From a plasmid: a stretch of DNA of 64,000 nucleotides. Location: sequence record NZ_CP087960.1; one strand, given 5' to 3'. Position numbers and translations under genes: made by a program. This document shows, one piece after another, positions 25,526 to 35,135 of the stretch. The notes below the pieces were generated by a model. The model was not told the origin of the DNA and ran no database searches. It saw only the letters and a list, made by a program, of their open reading frames with translations. Within the stretch, counting starts at the first letter, position 1. Every line of letters begins with the position of its first letter.

Positions 25526-28012
25526 TTATCTTTCTAAATTCCGTGATTGCATAGCGTGTTTTCTTGCAAGTTGTTTTTTATTAATTTCTCCGCGTCTTGT
25601 TGCCCACTTTTCCTTAAATTTTTGGGACAATTCCATAGTTTTAGAGTCCTGAGTTGGTTGCATTCTTCCACGGCTAATCAAAAAGGCTTGTCTATGCATT
25701 TCTGCTTTAGACAAACCTTTTTCTTTTTGTGTTCTTGATTGTTGATCAGGTATATTTTGCAATTTATTAATATTTGACTTAATTGCCACTATAAATTTTG
25801 AATCGTAGAATTTGCTTTTACTTAACGCATTTTGTTGAGAAAGTAAAGTTTTTTGAGTGTTTTTAATAATAGAGCTTTCATTAGTATCATCAATCTCTTT
25901 AGTATTAATATTTAAAGTTGCAAAAAGCCCTTTATGTTTATTGGCAGATTCAGCGTTTCCCCAGACTGTGTATTCTACTTGGCTTGGATTAGATGAATTA
26001 ACCGATACATCAGTTAAATTTAGTCGTTTCTTTTGATTAAGTTCCTGGATAGCTTGAGCAACTTTAATTGGCTTCTCATTGATTAGGTCATAGTTTTGTT
26101 GCTCTTCTAAACTTAGTTTGTTTAGATACTCAACATAACCCCATGCTTTGACGTTTCCACCTACATCTTTACGCTCATCAAAGTTTTCGACCTTTAGCGG
26201 CTTAAAATTTTTCATTGGATAAGTGCCAGGATTAATAGGTCGAAATAAGGAGTAGTAGCGGTAAATTTTTGGTTTTTCATTTTCTACTACTTTTTCATTT
26301 TCTTGCGATAATTGACGGATTTTTTGTTTTATAGTTGGAAATTGTTTATCGAAATATGAGGAAATCTTCTTTTTGATATCTGGAGTAAAAGTAGAATATT
26401 TGATATCAATTTTACTGTTATAAATTTCTTTATCTTTAATTACCGAGTTATTTAATCCAAGATTTGAAGCATAAGTTTCAAAGGCTCGTGCAAACACTTC
26501 GCTAGGTGTCTTTAAATAAGTACTCTCTTTAGGAGTGAGCGCCGTTGAGCTGTTTCCGATTTCTGCTTGAATAGATTGCAAAGAGTCGGAAAAGTTTTTG
26601 TTAATAGATAGAGGTAAGTTAGATCTACCATTGTAGTTATAGTCTAAGAAATGACCGTATTCATGTACAAAACTTTGTAAGCCCGTTTCTTTAGTTTTCT
26701 TATCATATCTAAAGTCGACTGCTAAAGTATTGTTGATTGGTGTAAACATGCCTAGTGCTCTATGATTTTTGAGCTTTCTAAATCGCAAAATAGGTTTAAT
26801 TCCATTCTTTGCATGAGGTAAAGCAGAAACAGTTTGTTTTAATTCGGGAATAAATTTTTTCAATTCTTCCAAGTCTACATCATTATCAATTTCGACTTTT
26901 TTAAAATGTTTAGATAAATCATTAGTGAGACGTTCCATTTCTGTTTGAGTTGTTTTATCAATATTCTTTTTAGTTTGAAAGAATGTTGCATGACTTGATC
27001 TAGCTTGCTCAGCATCATATTGTTGTTGTAGCGTTAAGTTGTATGTATCTTTTAAGTATCGATTAACAAAGTTTAACGTTTGATTTTTGGATAAAACGTT
27101 TGAAACTGTTGTTTTAGGAATTATTTGATCTTTATTAATAAGGTATTCCGATAGTTCTTTTTCAATTGCAGATTTCGGTTTTTGGTTTTTCTCAGTATCT
27201 TCTTTATTAATTCTTATCTTTAATAAGCTTTCTTCTGGTGTATTTTGCCATTCTTCATAAGTTGGCATATGAGCTTGTTTTGCAAATATTTCATAGTAAG
27301 CATCAGGGGAAAACAAATATTCATTGCTACTCCCGCTATTTTTAGGATCAGTTAAGTTATCAATAAGTTCGTTGAGTGGCTCTAATGATTTTTCTTTAAA
27401 GTTTCGTTTTAAGTCAATATTTAGTTTGTCGTATCCAATCAATAGATCACGACTGTATGCTGTAAAGTATACTTTTTCATTTCTATTATTTGCTCTAGTT
27501 ATCCAAGGAGTGGTATCTGTGTCTGGCAAACCATTATAGTAAGTATTTAATGAGGCTCGTTGCTTAATAGTTTCGTTCGTATCAGTCCAGTATCTTCTTT
27601 GACCATAGTAAGTGGAAGGTATTGAACCGTTGGGTTTGATAAATATAAAAGTTTTTTCACCATCTTTTTGATACTGATAGATATGATCTTCCCATTTATC
27701 TTTTTGAGTGTTTTTAAATTTGAATTTCTTTTTGAACTCTATTTTTTCTTCAGGAGCCAGTTTAGAACTATCAACTTTTTTTATCTCATTTTCTTTAATA
27801 TCTAGCTTATGAGATAAGGCTAAGACTTCGTCTTTATCTGTATAGTCGCCATTTTCAACTCCATTTTTGTACAGATATCGTGCAGTTTTTCGATAAAGCG
27901 TATATAGTGTATCGTTAGACGTAACAGTTATTGTTTTGCTGATGTGAGTTAAACCATATTTTTGTTTCATTAAATCAACAATTTTATTTGGTGTATTAAT
28001 TTGATCAGTCAT
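25526..28012 (-). CDS. Large conjugation-associated protein (828 aa) with a zincin-like HEXXH motif (ArdC/metallopeptidase-like C-terminal domain?)
   Basis: FVHEYGHFLDYNY contains HEYGH; size and context typical of plasmid accessory proteins; the family assignment is tentative. Confidence 0.35.
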   Translation of the reverse strand: MTDQINTPNKIVDLMKQKYGLTHISKTITVTSNDTLYTLYRKTARYLYKNGVENGDYTDKDEVLALSHKLDIKENEIKKVDSSKLAPEEKIEFKKKFKFKNTQKDKWEDHIYQYQKDGEKTFIFIKPNGSIPSTYYGQRRYWTDTNETIKQRASLNTYYNGLPDTDTTPWITRANNRNEKVYFTAYSRDLLIGYDKLNIDLKRNFKEKSLEPLNELIDNLTDPKNSGSSNEYLFSPDAYYEIFAKQAHMPTYEEWQNTPEESLLKIRINKEDTEKNQKPKSAIEKELSEYLINKDQIIPKTTVSNVLSKNQTLNFVNRYLKDTYNLTLQQQYDAEQARSSHATFFQTKKNIDKTTQTEMERLTNDLSKHFKKVEIDNDVDLEELKKFIPELKQTVSALPHAKNGIKPILRFRKLKNHRALGMFTPINNTLAVDFRYDKKTKETGLQSFVHEYGHFLDYNYNGRSNLPLSINKNFSDSLQSIQAEIGNSSTALTPKESTYLKTPSEVFARAFETYASNLGLNNSVIKDKEIYNSKIDIKYSTFTPDIKKKISSYFDKQFPTIKQKIRQLSQENEKVVENEKPKIYRYYSLFRPINPGTYPMKNFKPLKVENFDERKDVGGNVKAWGYVEYLNKLSLEEQQNYDLINEKPIKVAQAIQELNQKKRLNLTDVSVNSSNPSQVEYTVWGNAESANKHKGLFATLNINTKEIDDTNESSIIKNTQKTLLSQQNALSKSKFYDSKFIVAIKSNINKLQNIPDQQSRTQKEKGLSKAEMHRQAFLISRGRMQPTQDSKTMELSQKFKEKWATRRGEINKKQLARKHAMQSRNLER

Positions 28013-28035
28013 TTTTATTCCTTCCTGATTTGTTC

Positions 28036-28197
28036 TTAGTTTTTGATATCTTCTTCGTAATGATCAACTTTAAACTCTTTACAAATACGAGTTAGAGTGT
28101 CATAAGCTCCTTCATCGTAATCACTTGTCGGATTTTTAAAATTTTCAACTAGATTGAATAAATATTCAGCAAATTTTTCTTCATTAAATTTTTTCAT
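28036..28197 (-). CDS. 53-aa acidic small protein MKKFNEEKFAEYLFNLVENFKNPTSDYDEGAYDTLTRICKEFKVDHYEEDIKN (not in ORF track)
   Basis: Hand translation; preceded by RBS aaaggaaaattgaCC ATG and the conserved leader/hairpin module. Confidence 0.3.
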   Translation of the reverse strand: MKKFNEEKFAEYLFNLVENFKNPTSDYDEGAYDTLTRICKEFKVDHYEEDIKN

Positions 28198-28248
28198 GGT
28201 CAATTTTCCTTTCAAATAAAAAAGCTCCTAATCAATTTGGATTAGAAG

Positions 28249-28302
28249 CTAAAGATTATAAGTATTAGTTGTTTTCGGTGGACTACGTGCATAGTAAGGC
28301 AT
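28249..28302 (-). CDS. Leader-peptide small ORF A: MPYYARSPPKTTNTYNL (17 aa), followed by terminator-like hairpin 28213-28240 and the RBS of the downstream gene
   Basis: Hand translation; RBS ggagac 7 nt upstream; peptide and flanking DNA conserved with small ORF B at 33371..33430. Confidence 0.4.
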   Translation of the reverse strand: MPYYARSPPKTTNTYNL

Positions 28303-28346
28303 AGGCTTAGTCTCCTTTTCTTTTTCTGTAACTCTGTAAATTTGTT

Positions 28347-28383
28347 TTTACTTAATTACAAAAAAGCCAATTAAGTGAAAGAA
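28347..28383 (-). terminator. Terminator hairpin ccaattaagtgaaag / ctttcacttaattgg downstream of the GH32 gene
   Basis: 13-bp stem (ccaattaaggaat/attccttaattgg) followed by a T-run on the minus strand. Confidence 0.45.
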
Positions 28384-28390
28384 TATTCCT

Positions 28391-30219
28391 TAATTGGTTT
28401 TAATTTTGACTTAAATTTGCTTGAGTAACATCTACTTTATTCCCATTTGTAGGATCTTCTGTGAAAATCTTAAAGTCTTGTTTTTGACTAGTATTAAAGC
28501 GAGCTACAGTATAACTTTGACCGTTGGGGAAGAAGAACTCTACTGAATTTTTATCAGTTAGAACTTTCAAATCAACTGAATGCTGATTTTTAACCCCCGA
28601 GTCAGCAATATATCCATTCCCATTACCAAGTAGTCCATCATACTTGAAGCAGCTTGACCATTTCTTCCTCTATCTAATTCTCCAGAACGCGTTTTAACGT
28701 TGTATAAGCCATTGGACGGATCATAGTTAAGGCGCACATAGTCGTTACCTTGCCAGATATCGATGTATATACGACCTCGGTAGCTACTTTTGGTGTTGTA
28801 GAAATGTAAGTTATAAAGCTTATTCACTGATAAGGAAGGAACATCAAGTAAATTATAAATCGTACCATTAGTATCTCTACCATTAGTGAATGGTCGATTG
28901 GAAGAGGCATTGATGCCGTTTATAGGATGATCTTTTGATACAGAGTTATAGTGTTTAACTTCTTTACCTTGACCCACAATAGGAGTCGATTTAATACTCA
29001 TATCGTTACCAAGTTCAAGATTTCTAGCAACAGAATAAGAACCTAAGTGTTTCGTAAAAGCAGAATTTGCAGATTCGTCATTGTGAATCCCATTGGCTGT
29101 ATAGGACCAGTTACCAACCCAGCCCATTGATTTGATGGCTCTTGAAGCTTCAGCAAGATTTGAGCTACCAGAGAAGTTAGCTCCATAATAGTCAGAACCT
29201 TGATCTAGTCTTTTAGCATCAGTTTCGGGGGCAAAAAGTCCATTTTGATCAAGATGACCAACAATGTAATATGTTCCAGTAGTTTGACCAGCATGTGGGG
29301 CTTTGGCACCAAAGAAAAGAACTTGTTTAGTTTTCCCATTAGGCATCTTCATTGTACGAAGTGCTGGACATTCTACTGGCGTTGAATCCTGTGTATTGAT
29401 ACCACGCAGATAAGTTCCCATACCTACTTTACTTGCTCCATGAGGATCAGCTTTTGAACAGTGAATGCCATCATGTGATTGATATACTCCAATTTCATTG
29501 CCTTCAGCAACATACATCAGCATTTTTCCGTGCCAATATACGACTGAAGGATCTCGTTCGTCCACTTTGTTGTGACTGGTGAAGTTCCAAGAGTGATCAA
29601 TGACTGGAGAAGCACCATTTAAGACGTGGCTAAAGGTCTTACCGTTGTCACTAGACCAAGCACCCCAGATATTCTGACTACCACCATCATGTTTTTCAAG
29701 ACCTGAAAAGTAAGCAACTTGCGCTCCTTTAGGCACACCTGCAATTTGACCATTATTGACTAGAACAGTTCCTGTCCATGCACTAGTCCATGTATATGGT
29801 GCTTCTGGACCATCTGCTTTAATTGCCTCGTTTTGGGGAGTGAAGTGTACGAAGTCTTTTGTGGTTGTATGATACCAGTTCTGATCGCCTGCTTCGTTAG
29901 GATCGTCAGATGTTTTAGAATGCAGGAAGTATAGATCATAGTAGTTGCCCTTACTATTCCAAGCAATTGTCTGCAGATCATTTGACCAGCCATCTTTGGT
30001 CGTCAAGTGGTAAATACTTTCGTGAGCAGTGGAAGTTACACTGTCAGCATGTACTGTGGTAGTGGTTAGTGTCATTCCTAATCCTAAGGCCACTAAAGCC
30101 CCTGTTGATAATAGTGTATTTGTTAGTTTCATATAACTCTCCTTATTTAGTTCATCATAATTGTTTTTATATTTAACAAATTTTGTATTAGGGGGGGGAG
30201 ATTTATTTTTATATTTCAT
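28391..30219 (-). pseudogene. Secreted glycoside hydrolase family 32 (beta-fructofuranosidase/levanase-like) with an apparent frameshift near 28610-28665. The true C-terminal beta-sandwich continues in another frame to a stop at 28391
   Basis: Signal peptide; GH32 motifs KDGWSNDLQT (WMNDPNG-like), ERDPSVV (RDP) and VECPAL (ECP). The alternative frame encodes ...YIADSGVKNQHSVDLKVLTDKNSVEFFFPNGQSYTVARFNTSQ..., typical of the GH32 C-terminus, while the tracked frame ends in a nonsense tail. Confidence 0.55.
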
Positions 30220-30255
30220 TGCAAAATAAAAACACTTAACTTTTATCGTTAAGTG

Positions 30256-32304
30256 CTACCTTTCTAATTTCTTATTTCTACTTGCTTTTTTGGCGTGTTC
30301 CAGAGCTAGATATTTTTTACTATTTTTTTCGATTTTTGCTTTAGTAGTTTTGGAAACTAAGCTAATATTTTTAACTTCAGAAGTTTTGTCATCGAAGTAA
30401 ATATCTCTTGTTGCTACATAGGCATTCTCTAGTTTTCTAATTGTATGAACGGGGATCTTTTGTGATAGTTTCTCGAATTTTTGCTTTTCTTCCCCTTGAT
30501 AGAAACTAGGAAAGCCTAATCTTTCAAGATCTTCATATTCTTTTTCTTCACGATCACGTTGCATGAACCATTGTGAATAGATTGGTTTTTCCAGAAATAC
30601 CTGTTCTGTTTTTTTATCTATTTCCGTTTTCTTTCCGTATGTTTCAGCATAATTTTTTCGAATTTCAGGATCTGCAAGTTCTAATTTTACTGATTCTAAT
30701 CCAGATTTCTTAATTTTAAGTTGCTTGTTAAACTTATCCTCATTTTCAATATTTTTCGCCATCTTTTCAATATTCTCTTCTGTTGCATCAAAGCCATATT
30801 CTTCTAAAAGTCGCTTGGCATTTTCTCTTCTTGCGAGATTAGGTGTTGCTTTATCTTTTTTAGAATTAGCTTTAATATAGCCAATTGCTTTTTCCTGCTT
30901 AGGTTTTTCCATTTTTTCAACTACTTTATTTAAGTTGGTATCTTTTGAAAGTCCCAAAAGAACGTTGGCATCTTCAAAGTCTTTCTTTGATGGATTTATG
31001 TAAACATCATATTTTCTTAAATATTTTTTGAAAAGATCTTCGTTAGCATTCTTATCTCGGCCAATATACAAATTACGTTGAATATTTTTAACTTGATCCT
31101 GGTGAGTCTTAGCAAAATGTTCTCGATTGATATCTACTAGAGTAGTAGATAATCCATCAATTTTTGCTGGTTCATTTAAGTAGTCTGCAAAACTTTCTAG
31201 GTCTTTTCCTATTAATTGAGGTTCTTTTTTATTTTTAGGATTGTAGTAATAAATATCTTGTTTTTGATTCCATTCTAGCCCTTTGACAATTGAAGTTGGT
31301 TTTAAAACGATGTTTGCCTTTGCACGGTCATCATCGATAGTTTTATCTGGTGTATAGTAATCATTTTCAATGACACTAAGATCTAAAGGCATGGGATCTC
31401 CAAGATCAATTGAAAAATCAGGGGCATTAGGAGCAACTTTAGCTAAATCTTTCGACACTTTTTTATATTCAGGATCAAACTCGTAATCTTCCAAATTGCT
31501 AATCGTGGTAAGTTCTTTTTTTGAAAGATTGTGAATTGCGACTTCCCCATCTTCAATGAAAATGACCCCGTATTTGGAGCCATTGTATACATGATTGAAC
31601 AAATCGTATCTATCCGATGACACCCATGGATTTTCAAAAAAATCACCATTTTTTAATAGCTTTTCTAAGTTAACGAATTTCATACCGTTAGGTAGTTGGT
31701 GGGTGCTTGCATATTTATCAATAGCTTCTTTTTGTTGAAAAGCAATCGAATCATTTGAGTGAGTTTCGTGATAAGATAATTCACTATTGACTGAACTAGT
31801 GCTTAGATTGGCCCTCTCAACATCACGATCTTTAGTTGGTTGAGAAAATCTACTTATGTCAGGTCTTTTGTAAAAATCTTTAGCATATGAGATAGCATCT
31901 TCATCAGTTGGCAATTCATCAAATTCCTCATGTGCATATATAGCCGTAGTACGACCAACTTTTTTATTTGTAAGAATTCCGGAGCCATATTGTTGCATAT
32001 ATCTGGGTCCGTAATCTTCAGCTTCTCCATCAGCCATAATTTCTTGTTTAACTTCTTCAAGAGAATTTCCTAAATAGAAAGGTTTTTGAAGTTGCTTGCC
32101 AATTAAATATAAAGAGTCATTGTGGATATTTTTATACTTGCTGTGTGATAAGTCAGAACCAAAGATGAGATTAAGATCTAAGTCTTTGACTCTATCTTTG
32201 AAATGCAACAGTTGTGCTTTACCATCAATAGAATTTTCTCTATTAATAATTACGGGATACTGCTCCACTTTTTGTTTAAATATTTCTCTTTCTTTTTTAT
32301 TCAT
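30256..32304 (-). CDS. Large hypothetical conjugation-module protein (682 aa)
   Basis: ORF with RBS; Lys/Glu-rich, no catalytic motif recognised. Confidence 0.3.
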   Translation of the reverse strand: MNKKEREIFKQKVEQYPVIINRENSIDGKAQLLHFKDRVKDLDLNLIFGSDLSHSKYKNIHNDSLYLIGKQLQKPFYLGNSLEEVKQEIMADGEAEDYGPRYMQQYGSGILTNKKVGRTTAIYAHEEFDELPTDEDAISYAKDFYKRPDISRFSQPTKDRDVERANLSTSSVNSELSYHETHSNDSIAFQQKEAIDKYASTHQLPNGMKFVNLEKLLKNGDFFENPWVSSDRYDLFNHVYNGSKYGVIFIEDGEVAIHNLSKKELTTISNLEDYEFDPEYKKVSKDLAKVAPNAPDFSIDLGDPMPLDLSVIENDYYTPDKTIDDDRAKANIVLKPTSIVKGLEWNQKQDIYYYNPKNKKEPQLIGKDLESFADYLNEPAKIDGLSTTLVDINREHFAKTHQDQVKNIQRNLYIGRDKNANEDLFKKYLRKYDVYINPSKKDFEDANVLLGLSKDTNLNKVVEKMEKPKQEKAIGYIKANSKKDKATPNLARRENAKRLLEEYGFDATEENIEKMAKNIENEDKFNKQLKIKKSGLESVKLELADPEIRKNYAETYGKKTEIDKKTEQVFLEKPIYSQWFMQRDREEKEYEDLERLGFPSFYQGEEKQKFEKLSQKIPVHTIRKLENAYVATRDIYFDDKTSEVKNISLVSKTTKAKIEKNSKKYLALEHAKKASRNKKLER

Positions 32305-33328
32305 TAATATTTCCTTTCAACTTATATCCTATTGTTTCGATTACTGGAACAGTTACTGAATTACCAGCCTGTTTGTATAGCTGGTTATCGCTTAGCCCAG
32401 CATTTTTTGCTTTAAAAAATTGTTCATCTGTAAACCCTTGTAGGCGCCAGCATTCTAATGGTGTTAATTTTCTAATTGATAATTCCTTATCTTTTTTTAT
32501 TAGAACTCCATGCTTGTCAGTTGCTGTTACTGTAAATGCAGGTTCTCCAGCATTTTTAAATCTTCTTCCATTTTGTCTCTTAGCTAGACGATCAGGAGTA
32601 AGTACCGCTTCAACTAAGATCTTAGGTTGCCTGTCGCCACCTTGCATTGTGTTTAGTGTAGGAGATAGTCCGTGAACAGAGTAAACTCTTCCAGTTTGTG
32701 GATTATTGCCGAATGACTTATTCGAGCGATAATTACCTACCTGCTTAATTTTTGATTGCTTAATAGAGTTTTGACTTTGTCTTTGGATAGGAAATACTTT
32801 ATTGGAACATTTACCTCTAAGATGTCCGATAAGGTAGACTCTTTCTCTGTTTTGAGGGACGACTTCTTTAGAGTTGATAAGTGACCATTCGACATCGTAC
32901 CCGACTGAGTCCATTTCAATGAGAACGCGGGCGAAGTCCCTACCGTTTCTACTTGATAAAAGTCCCTTAACGTTTTCCATGAAGAGATAGGTAGGAATCT
33001 CTTGTTGGTTTTTAGTTCTTTCTTTAAGCAGTCTGATAATCTCAAAGAACAAGGAGCTTCTTTTTCCGCTAATGAGTCCGTCTTGTTGACCAGCGATTGA
33101 AACATCTTGACAGGGACTTCCGAAGGTCCAGATGTCGGCTGTTGGTAAATCTTTTCCTCTAACTTGTCTAATGTCATATCCTGTAAATTCTCCTTTTGTA
33201 TCGTACATAGCCTGGTAGCTTTTTCTTGCAAATTTATCGAATTCTACAAATCCAACGCATTTATGACCGGCTTTTTCTAGTCCAGATCTAAAGCCACCGA
33301 TTCCAGCAAAAAAATCAATAAAATTCAT
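32297..33328 (-). CDS. DNA (cytosine-5)-methyltransferase (Dcm-type, orphan)
   Basis: Motif I FFAGIGGF, motif IV GSPCQDVSIAGQ (PCQ), motif VI ENV (LFMENVKGL), motif VIII QNRERVYLIG. Confidence 0.9.
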   Translation of the reverse strand: MNFIDFFAGIGGFRSGLEKAGHKCVGFVEFDKFARKSYQAMYDTKGEFTGYDIRQVRGKDLPTADIWTFGSPCQDVSIAGQQDGLISGKRSSLFFEIIRLLKERTKNQQEIPTYLFMENVKGLLSSRNGRDFARVLIEMDSVGYDVEWSLINSKEVVPQNRERVYLIGHLRGKCSNKVFPIQRQSQNSIKQSKIKQVGNYRSNKSFGNNPQTGRVYSVHGLSPTLNTMQGGDRQPKILVEAVLTPDRLAKRQNGRRFKNAGEPAFTVTATDKHGVLIKKDKELSIRKLTPLECWRLQGFTDEQFFKAKNAGLSDNQLYKQAGNSVTVPVIETIGYKLKGNINE

Positions 33329-33370
33329 GGTATTTTCCTTTCAAATAAAAAAGCTCCTAATCTAAATTGA

Positions 33371-33430
33371 TTAGGAGCTAAAAGCAAAAGTATTAGTTAT
33401 TTTAGGTGGACTTCGTGTGTGATAAGTCAT
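33371..33430 (-). CDS. Leader-peptide small ORF B: MTYHTRSPPKITNTFAFSS (19 aa), overlapping/followed by terminator-like hairpin 33341-33368 and the RBS of the Dcm gene
   Basis: Hand translation; conserved with small ORF A (Y-x-x-RSPPK-x-TNT-aromatic); same downstream hairpin + TTTTTATTTGAAAGGAAA + ATG architecture. Confidence 0.4.
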   Translation of the reverse strand: MTYHTRSPPKITNTFAFSS

Positions 33431-33434
33431 AGAG

Positions 33435-34328
33435 CTACTCTCTTTCTCGATCAAATCGTTTTCTAAGTGCCGCTTTCTTTGTAGCTTCTTTATGATTCGG
33501 TGCTGCTTTTTCGTGAGTAAGCTGTCGACCTAAATCGTCAGTATTTATGGTTTGTTTTTCTGCATAGGCTGAAATACTTTTATTTAGCACTGAAGCTAAG
33601 GACAGAGCATCTTGGGGTGTTTTAATATATTCGTGATTAAGATCTATAGCACTGGCGCTACGTCCTAAAACAACGTTTCTTTTTTTATTATTTTCATCTA
33701 AATATGTTACTTGATCATTGCTTTCTTGAAATATTCCTAAGATTGTATTTTGTGGGACTCTTTTTAATTGTTCTGAAAGGGTTCGAACATTTAAGTTCAT
33801 TAATGACGCAGGTACAATACCATCATTTTTACTAGTTCTGAGTAATATCATTAAATTTTTATCGGAACTTTTAATGCCTTTATTTAGGTTCAATTTATGA
33901 ATCTGTTCAATTTTTGAAAGATCGGATAATATTAAGCCATCTGTATGTAAGATTTCCTTCGCTGAAGATAATACTTGTAGCTTTAAAAAAGTAGTCCTAT
34001 CATTTTTGATAAGTATTGCATTAGGAGTTTTGTTATCTAGAATATCTGTTAAAACTTGATTTGGCTTTCGTCTGTCAAATCTTAATCCTAGTAAATGAGC
34101 AAAATTTTCTTTTCCAAAGTTAACAGATAATAGTTTTAGTTGATTCTCCGATTTGAAAACATAGTCTATTGTCTTATTAGCTAAATTCTTATCATAAAAT
34201 TTCGAAAATCTATTTATATTTTTTATGTATAAATCATTAATTATCTGTAACTCGTTATCTGTGGCAATATGATATCCATGTGGAATATATTTAACTGGTT
34301 TATTTAATGATTGTGAAAGATTTTGCAT
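33435..34328 (-). CDS. hypothetical protein (297 aa)
   Basis: ORF only. Confidence 0.3.
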   Translation of the reverse strand: MQNLSQSLNKPVKYIPHGYHIATDNELQIINDLYIKNINRFSKFYDKNLANKTIDYVFKSENQLKLLSVNFGKENFAHLLGLRFDRRKPNQVLTDILDNKTPNAILIKNDRTTFLKLQVLSSAKEILHTDGLILSDLSKIEQIHKLNLNKGIKSSDKNLMILLRTSKNDGIVPASLMNLNVRTLSEQLKRVPQNTILGIFQESNDQVTYLDENNKKRNVVLGRSASAIDLNHEYIKTPQDALSLASVLNKSISAYAEKQTINTDDLGRQLTHEKAAPNHKEATKKAALRKRFDRERE

Positions 34329-34685
34329 CTTTTTCTTCCTTATGATATAGTTAACTTAATAGAAGAAGCAATTTTTAAATTAAGGATCATAACTTGATCG
34401 GGTGGCTCACTGCCTAGCTTTAATAGCTAAAAAAAGCGTAGTGTATTGCTTTTCAAAGGCCCTTCTTAAGGGCTTTTCTTTTGTGCTTTTTTTGACACTA
34501 ATAATTGATGTCCCTGTGTTATACTATTTATAAGATCACGGTGTAAATTAGTGGATTGTTAATGTTTTTAACGTTAACAGTCGGGTAAGCTCACTGCCTT
34601 GTCGATATGCTAGACTAAAGAAAGCCCGTAACCAATCAGTGAGACTCGTAAGAACGGTATGCACGGAAAGCGGTGTGTACTTCTA
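34329..34685. promoter_or_regulatory. Candidate oriT / relaxase-operon downstream region: non-coding 360 bp with direct repeats GCTCACTGCCT (34402-34412, 34596-34606) and several imperfect hairpins
   Basis: Repeats read directly; long intergenic gap adjacent to the MOBP relaxase operon. Confidence 0.25.
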
Positions 34686-34729
34686 AAAAGAAAGGTTCTG
34701 TAAAAATTTACAGAACCTTTCTTTTTTTA
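34686..34729. terminator. Perfect hairpin aaagaaaggttctgtaaa / tttacagaacctttcttt with flanking A/T runs (bidirectional)
   Basis: 18-bp perfect stem read directly, immediately after the stop of the 34731..35135 gene. Confidence 0.55.
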
Positions 34730-34730
34730 G

Positions 34731-35135
34731 TTAGAAATTGGCTAAATATAATGCTTGTTCTAAACTTTCAGTTATAACTGTTTTATCTGACTTATTTTTA
34801 CTTAAAATTTTTAATACTTTTGAATATTTTAGTAATTGTTTACCGTTGATATTGTAGGGCAAGAAAACATCGAATACCTTACCCTGAAAATCAGTTATAA
34901 TGTGTATCGTTTCGTCATTATTTGAACAAGTGTAAATGGGTAATTCAATTTCATGTTCGGGTTCCGAAGAAGCAGGAGTATAAGTTATGGTGTCGATATC
35001 GATTGATTCTACATTTAATATCTTTTTTAATTGATTAATATAATTTGGAATTTTTTGATTCATAATAAAACCTTCTTTCAAAAATAAGCAGACGTTATTC
35101 TTGTGAACGTTCGGCTGCTTTTTGTATCTTTTCAT
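34731..35135 (-). CDS. hypothetical protein (134 aa), last gene of the relaxase operon
   Basis: ORF overlapping the relaxase stop. Confidence 0.3.
   Translation of the reverse strand: MKRYKKQPNVHKNNVCLFLKEGFIMNQKIPNYINQLKKILNVESIDIDTITYTPASSEPEHEIELPIYTCSNNDETIHIITDFQGKVFDVFLPYNINGKQLLKYSKVLKILSKNKSDKTVITESLEQALYLANF

Noticed and set aside
32737-33231. 164-aa ORF inside the Dcm gene, plus 32373..32675 on the opposite strand
   Set aside because: They overlap a gene with all canonical C5-methyltransferase motifs and are spurious.
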